Assembly (NCBI GenBank): GCA_944371995.1
Contig: CALVYD010000007.1
Coordinates: 100-64,099, forward strand
Length of the DNA: 64,000 bases
Origin: an uncultured Bacilli bacterium
Lineage (GTDB): Bacteria; Bacillota_I; Bacilli_A; RF39; UBA660
Direction of reading: 5' to 3'
Part shown: piece by piece, positions 60,200 through 64,000 of the stretch
Layout: each line of letters opens with the position of its first letter
Position numbering within the stretch: position 1 is the stretch's first letter
Position numbers and translations under genes: made by a program
Notes under the pieces: model-generated
Told to the model about the DNA's origin: nothing
The model's database searches: none
Seen by the model: only the letters and a program-made list of their open reading frames with translations

Positions 60200-61693
60200 A
60201 TGAAACAAAAATTAGTATCAATTTTATTAATTCTTGTTTTAGCAGGAACCATACCACTCTTAACAGCATTTTCAAACAAAGAGCCACAAACTTTATACCG
60301 TGTTTATCTAAAAGGTAAATCAATTGGATTAATAAAATCAAAAGAGGCCTTAGAAGACTATATCGATAATAGACAAAATCAAATTAAAGAAAAATTTGGA
60401 GTAAATAAAGTATATTTACCAGAAGACTTAGATATAGAAAAAGAAGTTACATTTGATAATGATGTATCAAGTATCAAAGAAATATATAAAAAAATAGAAA
60501 ATATATCTCCATTTACTATTAGAGGATATGAAATTACGATAGGTGCAGTAGATTCCCAAGCCGTAGATGGTACAGAAATCAAAGGAAAAAAGCAAAAGGT
60601 ATATGTACTAGATAAAAAAATATTTGAAGAAGCAGTAGATAATATTGTTCATTCTTTTGTATCAGAAGAAGATTATGAAAATTATGCTAATGGTACACAA
60701 AAAGAGATTAAAGATGTCGGAAAAATTATAGAAAGTATTACTATTGAAAACAAAATAACAATAAAAAGAGCAAACATACCAGTAGACAAAACCATATATC
60801 AAGATACAAGTACCTTAAGTAAATACTTAATGTTTGGTACAATAGAAGATCAACAAAAATATATTGTTCAAGAAGGAGATACTATCGAAGACATTGCTTT
60901 TAATAATAAAATATCAACAGAAGAATTTATGATCGCTAATCCCAGTTTTACTAGTACAAATAGTTTATTATATCCAGGACAAGAAGTCACATTGGGAATA
61001 TTAAAACCTCAATTTAGAGTAGTAGAAGTAGACCATGTTGTATTTGATGAAGAAACAAACTATCAGACAGAAACGCAATATGATAATACCAAAGAAGTAG
61101 GATATAGTGAAATTAAACAACATGGTGTAAAAGGTGTTACAAGAATTACTCAAAAAATTCAGAAGGTAAATGGAGCAACAGTCGATGTTGCAGCTGTAGG
61201 AACTGGAGAAGTATTAAAAGAACCAGTAAATGAAATAATAGTCAGAGGAGGAAAGAAAACAAGCTATTATAGTGGTGGCTATGGAACGGTAGTCGCAACA
61301 AGAGGACAATGGGGATGGCCTGCAACTTGTTCTTCTGTATCAAGTCCATTTGGCTATCGTTGGGGAACCTTACATGATGCGATTGATATTGCAGGATGTG
61401 GGTATGGATCTAATATATTTGCTGCTCAAGATGGAACAGTAGTTCAGTCAGCATATAAATATGATAATGGAGAATTTATCACAATCGATCACCATAATGG
61501 ATATTATACGATGTATGCACATATGGTATCAGGTTCACGTAGAGTAAAAGTTGGAGACTATGTAGTAAAAGGTCAAGTAATAGGAAGTATGGGAATGACC
61601 GGAGCCGCATCAGGTGTACATGTACACTTTGCTATCTGGAGAGGTTATCCATATCGTGGTGGAACACCTCTAAATCCATTGAGTTTTTACTAA
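60200..61693 (+). CDS. secreted LysM/G5/M23 peptidoglycan DD-endopeptidase
   Basis: Signal peptide, LysM (YIVQEGDTIEDIAFNNKIS), G5 (...GYSEIKQHGVKGVTRITQK...NEIIVRG), M23 (HDAIDIAG, IDHHNGYYTMYAHM, GMTGAASGVHVHF). Confidence 0.85.
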   Translation: MKQKLVSILLILVLAGTIPLLTAFSNKEPQTLYRVYLKGKSIGLIKSKEALEDYIDNRQNQIKEKFGVNKVYLPEDLDIEKEVTFDNDVSSIKEIYKKIENISPFTIRGYEITIGAVDSQAVDGTEIKGKKQKVYVLDKKIFEEAVDNIVHSFVSEEDYENYANGTQKEIKDVGKIIESITIENKITIKRANIPVDKTIYQDTSTLSKYLMFGTIEDQQKYIVQEGDTIEDIAFNNKISTEEFMIANPSFTSTNSLLYPGQEVTLGILKPQFRVVEVDHVVFDEETNYQTETQYDNTKEVGYSEIKQHGVKGVTRITQKIQKVNGATVDVAAVGTGEVLKEPVNEIIVRGGKKTSYYSGGYGTVVATRGQWGWPATCSSVSSPFGYRWGTLHDAIDIAGCGYGSNIFAAQDGTVVQSAYKYDNGEFITIDHHNGYYTMYAHMVSGSRRVKVGDYVVKGQVIGSMGMTGAASGVHVHFAIWRGYPYRGGTPLNPLSFY

Positions 61694-61694
61694 A

Positions 61695-62450
61695 ATGAAA
61701 GTTAAAACAATTGCCAGTGGTTCAAAAGGAAATTGTACAATAGTATTATGTGATAATACCAATATAATAATAGATATGGGAATTTCCTACTTAACTCTAA
61801 AAAGGAGTTTAGAAGAAAATTCCCTTTCTTTTGAACAATTTAATGGAATTTTAATAACACATAGTCATAAAGATCATATTAATGGTTTAAAATCACTAAT
61901 AAATCATACCAACTTAACTGTCTACATACCGGAGAAAATGTATGATGACCTGCAAGATATCGTACCAAGATACCGCTGTGAGTTTATAGAAGATAATTTT
62001 AATATCCAAGATGTAGAAATAGAATTAATTCATACATCTCATGATGCACCATGTTCTGTAGGATATATTATAAAATATAATGATAAATCACTAGTCTATG
62101 TTACTGATACAGGATATATCAATAGAAAGTACCTAGCCAAAATGACGGAAAAAGATATCTACATTATGGAAGCAAATCATGATGAAGTCATGTTAATGGA
62201 TGGTCCATATCCAAGATTCTTAAAAGAAAGAGTAATTAGTGATAAAGGGCATTTATCTAATAAAACAACTGCCAAATATTTAAAAAAAATTATAGGAAGA
62301 AACACCCGATACATAGTACTAGCCCATTTAAGTGAAAAAAATAATACAGAAGAAAAAGTATTAGAAGCAATAGAAGAAGAGCTAGGAGAAACAAACATAA
62401 ATATTTTAATAGCCAAGCAAAAAGAAGAAAGTCCAATGATTGAGGTATAA
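61695..62450 (+). CDS. MBL-fold metallo-hydrolase (YycJ/WalJ-like)
   Basis: ITHSHKDHINGL (HxHxDH), ...DTGY..., HLS...; 251 aa. Confidence 0.8.
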   Translation: MKVKTIASGSKGNCTIVLCDNTNIIIDMGISYLTLKRSLEENSLSFEQFNGILITHSHKDHINGLKSLINHTNLTVYIPEKMYDDLQDIVPRYRCEFIEDNFNIQDVEIELIHTSHDAPCSVGYIIKYNDKSLVYVTDTGYINRKYLAKMTEKDIYIMEANHDEVMLMDGPYPRFLKERVISDKGHLSNKTTAKYLKKIIGRNTRYIVLAHLSEKNNTEEKVLEAIEEELGETNINILIAKQKEESPMIEV

Positions 62451-62451
62451 T

Positions 62452-62907
62452 ATGATTAAAATTATTACAGTAGGTTCTATCAAAGAAAAGTACTTAAAAG
62501 ATGCGATAGAAGAATATCAAAAGCGATTAAAAAAATATACAGACCTAGAAATAGTAGAAATAAAAGATGAAGGACTATTACCAGCAAAACAAGCTATGGA
62601 AAAAGAAGCAGAAAAAATTAACAAGCATATCAATGAAAAAGAATATATCATTACCTTAGAAATAGAAGGAAAAGAATTAACATCAGAGGAATTGTCTAAA
62701 AAAATAGAAGATATAATGATTATTAATAGTAATATAACATTTATTATTGGTGGTAGTTATGGAATAGATAAATCAATTAAAGATAAGGCAAAATACCATT
62801 TATCTTTTTCTAAAATGACATTTCCTCATCAATTATTTAGAGTTCTATTGCTAGAACAAATTTATAGAGCATTTAAGATTATGAACAATGAAAGTTATCA
62901 TAAATAA
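62452..62907 (+). CDS. rlmH: 23S rRNA (pseudouridine1915-N3)-methyltransferase
   Basis: MIKIITVGSIKEKYLKDAIEEYQKRL..., FIIGGSYG, SFSKMTFPHQLFRVLLLEQIYRA. Confidence 0.93.
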   Translation: MIKIITVGSIKEKYLKDAIEEYQKRLKKYTDLEIVEIKDEGLLPAKQAMEKEAEKINKHINEKEYIITLEIEGKELTSEELSKKIEDIMIINSNITFIIGGSYGIDKSIKDKAKYHLSFSKMTFPHQLFRVLLLEQIYRAFKIMNNESYHK

Positions 62908-62931
62908 TAATGGTAGAGAAGAGGTAAGCGT

Positions 62932-63594
62932 ATGATTGGAAATCACTGGGATGAGTTATTAAAGCAAGAATATCAAAAGGAATACTTTAAAAACTTAATG
63001 GATTTTATTAAAGAAGAATATAAAACAAAAACTGTATACCCAAAGCAAAGTGAAGTGTTTAATGCGTTCAGATATACAGATTTTGACAATGTAAAAGTTG
63101 TAATTCTAGGACAAGATCCATATCACGGACCAAATCAAGCAGAAGGATTATCCTTTTCAGTAAGTAATGAAGTATTAAAACCACCTTCACTACAAAACAT
63201 TTTTAAGGAACTAGAAAGTGATTTAGGAATACCATTTCCAAAACATAACTCACTTAAACCCTGGGCAAAAGAAGGTGTTTTACTATTAAATGCAGTATTA
63301 ACAGTAGAAGCACATACACCAACATCACATAAAAATCATGGCTGGGAACAATTTACAGATCAAGTAATAGAAATAATTAATAAAAAAACAACACCTGTTG
63401 TATTTATTCTCTGGGGAAGCTATGCAAGAGCAAAAAAGAAATTAATTACAAATCCTATTCATTATGTAATAGAGTCAGCACATCCTTCGCCATTTTCAGC
63501 ATATAATGGATTCTTTGGCAGTAAACCATTTTCGAAAACAAATAATTTCCTAAAAAGTAAAGGATTAAAACCAATTGATTGGAGAGTAGAATAA
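62932..63594 (+). CDS. ung: uracil-DNA glycosylase (family 1)
   Basis: VVILGQDPYHGPNQAEGLSFSV, GVLLLNAVLTV, ESAHPSPFSA. Confidence 0.95.
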   Translation: MIGNHWDELLKQEYQKEYFKNLMDFIKEEYKTKTVYPKQSEVFNAFRYTDFDNVKVVILGQDPYHGPNQAEGLSFSVSNEVLKPPSLQNIFKELESDLGIPFPKHNSLKPWAKEGVLLLNAVLTVEAHTPTSHKNHGWEQFTDQVIEIINKKTTPVVFILWGSYARAKKKLITNPIHYVIESAHPSPFSAYNGFFGSKPFSKTNNFLKSKGLKPIDWRVE

Positions 63595-63595
63595 A

Positions 63596-64000
63596 ATGGT
63601 ATTTTCACAAAAAGACCAGGAAAAAATAAATGATTTTAGAAGTATTACAAGAGTATTTCTAAATTCAGAAAATAATCCAGAAAAAGAGAAAGTAATTGAT
63701 GCCATATTTCTAAATATAGAAAAGTATTATGAAGAATTTAAAGAGGAAGTGCCATTTATACCAGAAGGGTTAGAATCATATCAATATCATTTGTTACAAC
63801 AAGTAAATGGTAGCTACTCTCTATTAGAATTTTTAATAAACAGAGCATTAACAAATATAGAAGGAATATGTATAAATGATAGTACCAATTGTTTTGATCA
63901 TGCCAAAATAGTTGAAATAAATACAGAAAGATATGAAGGCTATAATAATTTATCAAAAGAGTTCATCGATATGCAGAAATTAAAAAGCAGACTTCATGAA
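63596..64000 (+). CDS. hypothetical protein, 5' part (open to the window edge)
   Basis: Not in the track because there is no stop. ATG 63596 lies 2 nt after the ung stop. MVFSQKDQEKINDFRSITRVFLNSENNPEKEKVIDAIFLNIEKYYEEFKEE... is open for 135 codons. The antisense track ORF 63756..63956 is less plausible. Confidence 0.5.
   Translation, partial: MVFSQKDQEKINDFRSITRVFLNSENNPEKEKVIDAIFLNIEKYYEEFKEEVPFIPEGLESYQYHLLQQVNGSYSLLEFLINRALTNIEGICINDSTNCFDHAKIVEINTERYEGYNNLSKEFIDMQKLKSRLHE

Noticed and set aside
63756-63956. 66-aa minus-strand track ORF near the right edge.
   Set aside because: It is overlapped by a plus-strand frame that starts 2 nt after ung and stays open for 135 codons to the window end, co-directional with all neighbours. 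The antisense ORF is Leu/Tyr/Ile-rich shadow sequence.

Overview
This window is the chromosomal replication-origin region of a very AT-rich, low-GC Firmicute. Gene order closely follows the Bacillus subtilis origin map. Sporulation-associated genes are present (spoVG, spoVT, yabG, yabP, yabQ, bofA-like, veg), as are noc and comK. The code is standard: TGA and TAA are used as stops and Trp is TGG.

oriC is bipartite. One DnaA-box cluster lies upstream of dnaA (about 38.77-38.89 kb). A second cluster plus an AT-rich stretch lies between dnaA and dnaN (37.15-37.28 kb). Every CDS I support left of about 38.7 kb is on the minus strand: dnaA, dnaN, comK, recF, gyrB, gyrA, ffs, tadA, dnaX, ybaB, recR, bofA, holB, ricT, rsmI, pth, mfd, spoVT, metG, tatD, sipW cluster, rsmA, yabG, veg, spoVG, yabP, yabQ, divIC, tilS, ftsH, dusB, lysS. 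Every CDS right of it is on the plus strand: rpmH, rnpA, yidC, jag, mnmE, mnmG, rsmG, noc, soj, spo0J, mscS-like, abgT, ychF, rpsF, ssb, rpsR, DHH, rplI, dnaB, M23 peptidase, rlmH, ung. Transcription is therefore fully co-directional with replication.

I found no transposase, integrase, cas, restriction-modification or other recognisable defence or mobile genes, and no rRNA or tRNA.

The non-routine signals are:
1. A gene-free 1.27-kb AT-rich spacer between gyrA and ffs/tadA. It carries a tandem array of six near-perfect parS (Spo0J/ParB) sites, a 22-bp Noc-binding palindrome and DnaA boxes.
2. An inserted operon of three paralogous TasA/camelysin-like secreted proteins plus a SipW-type signal peptidase, sitting inside the tatD-rsmA housekeeping block.
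3. A Noc paralog with no N-terminal amphipathic helix and a roughly 230-aa low-complexity insertion.
4. comK occupying the yaaA slot between dnaN and recF.
5. Smaller oddities: FtsH with a Rho_N-like tail, an A8-tract frameshift in an acyltransferase, a minimal SRP RNA, an ORF broken by an in-frame TAA, and a DHH-only GdpP homolog.

All calls come from reading the sequence and ORF translations by eye. No database searches were run.
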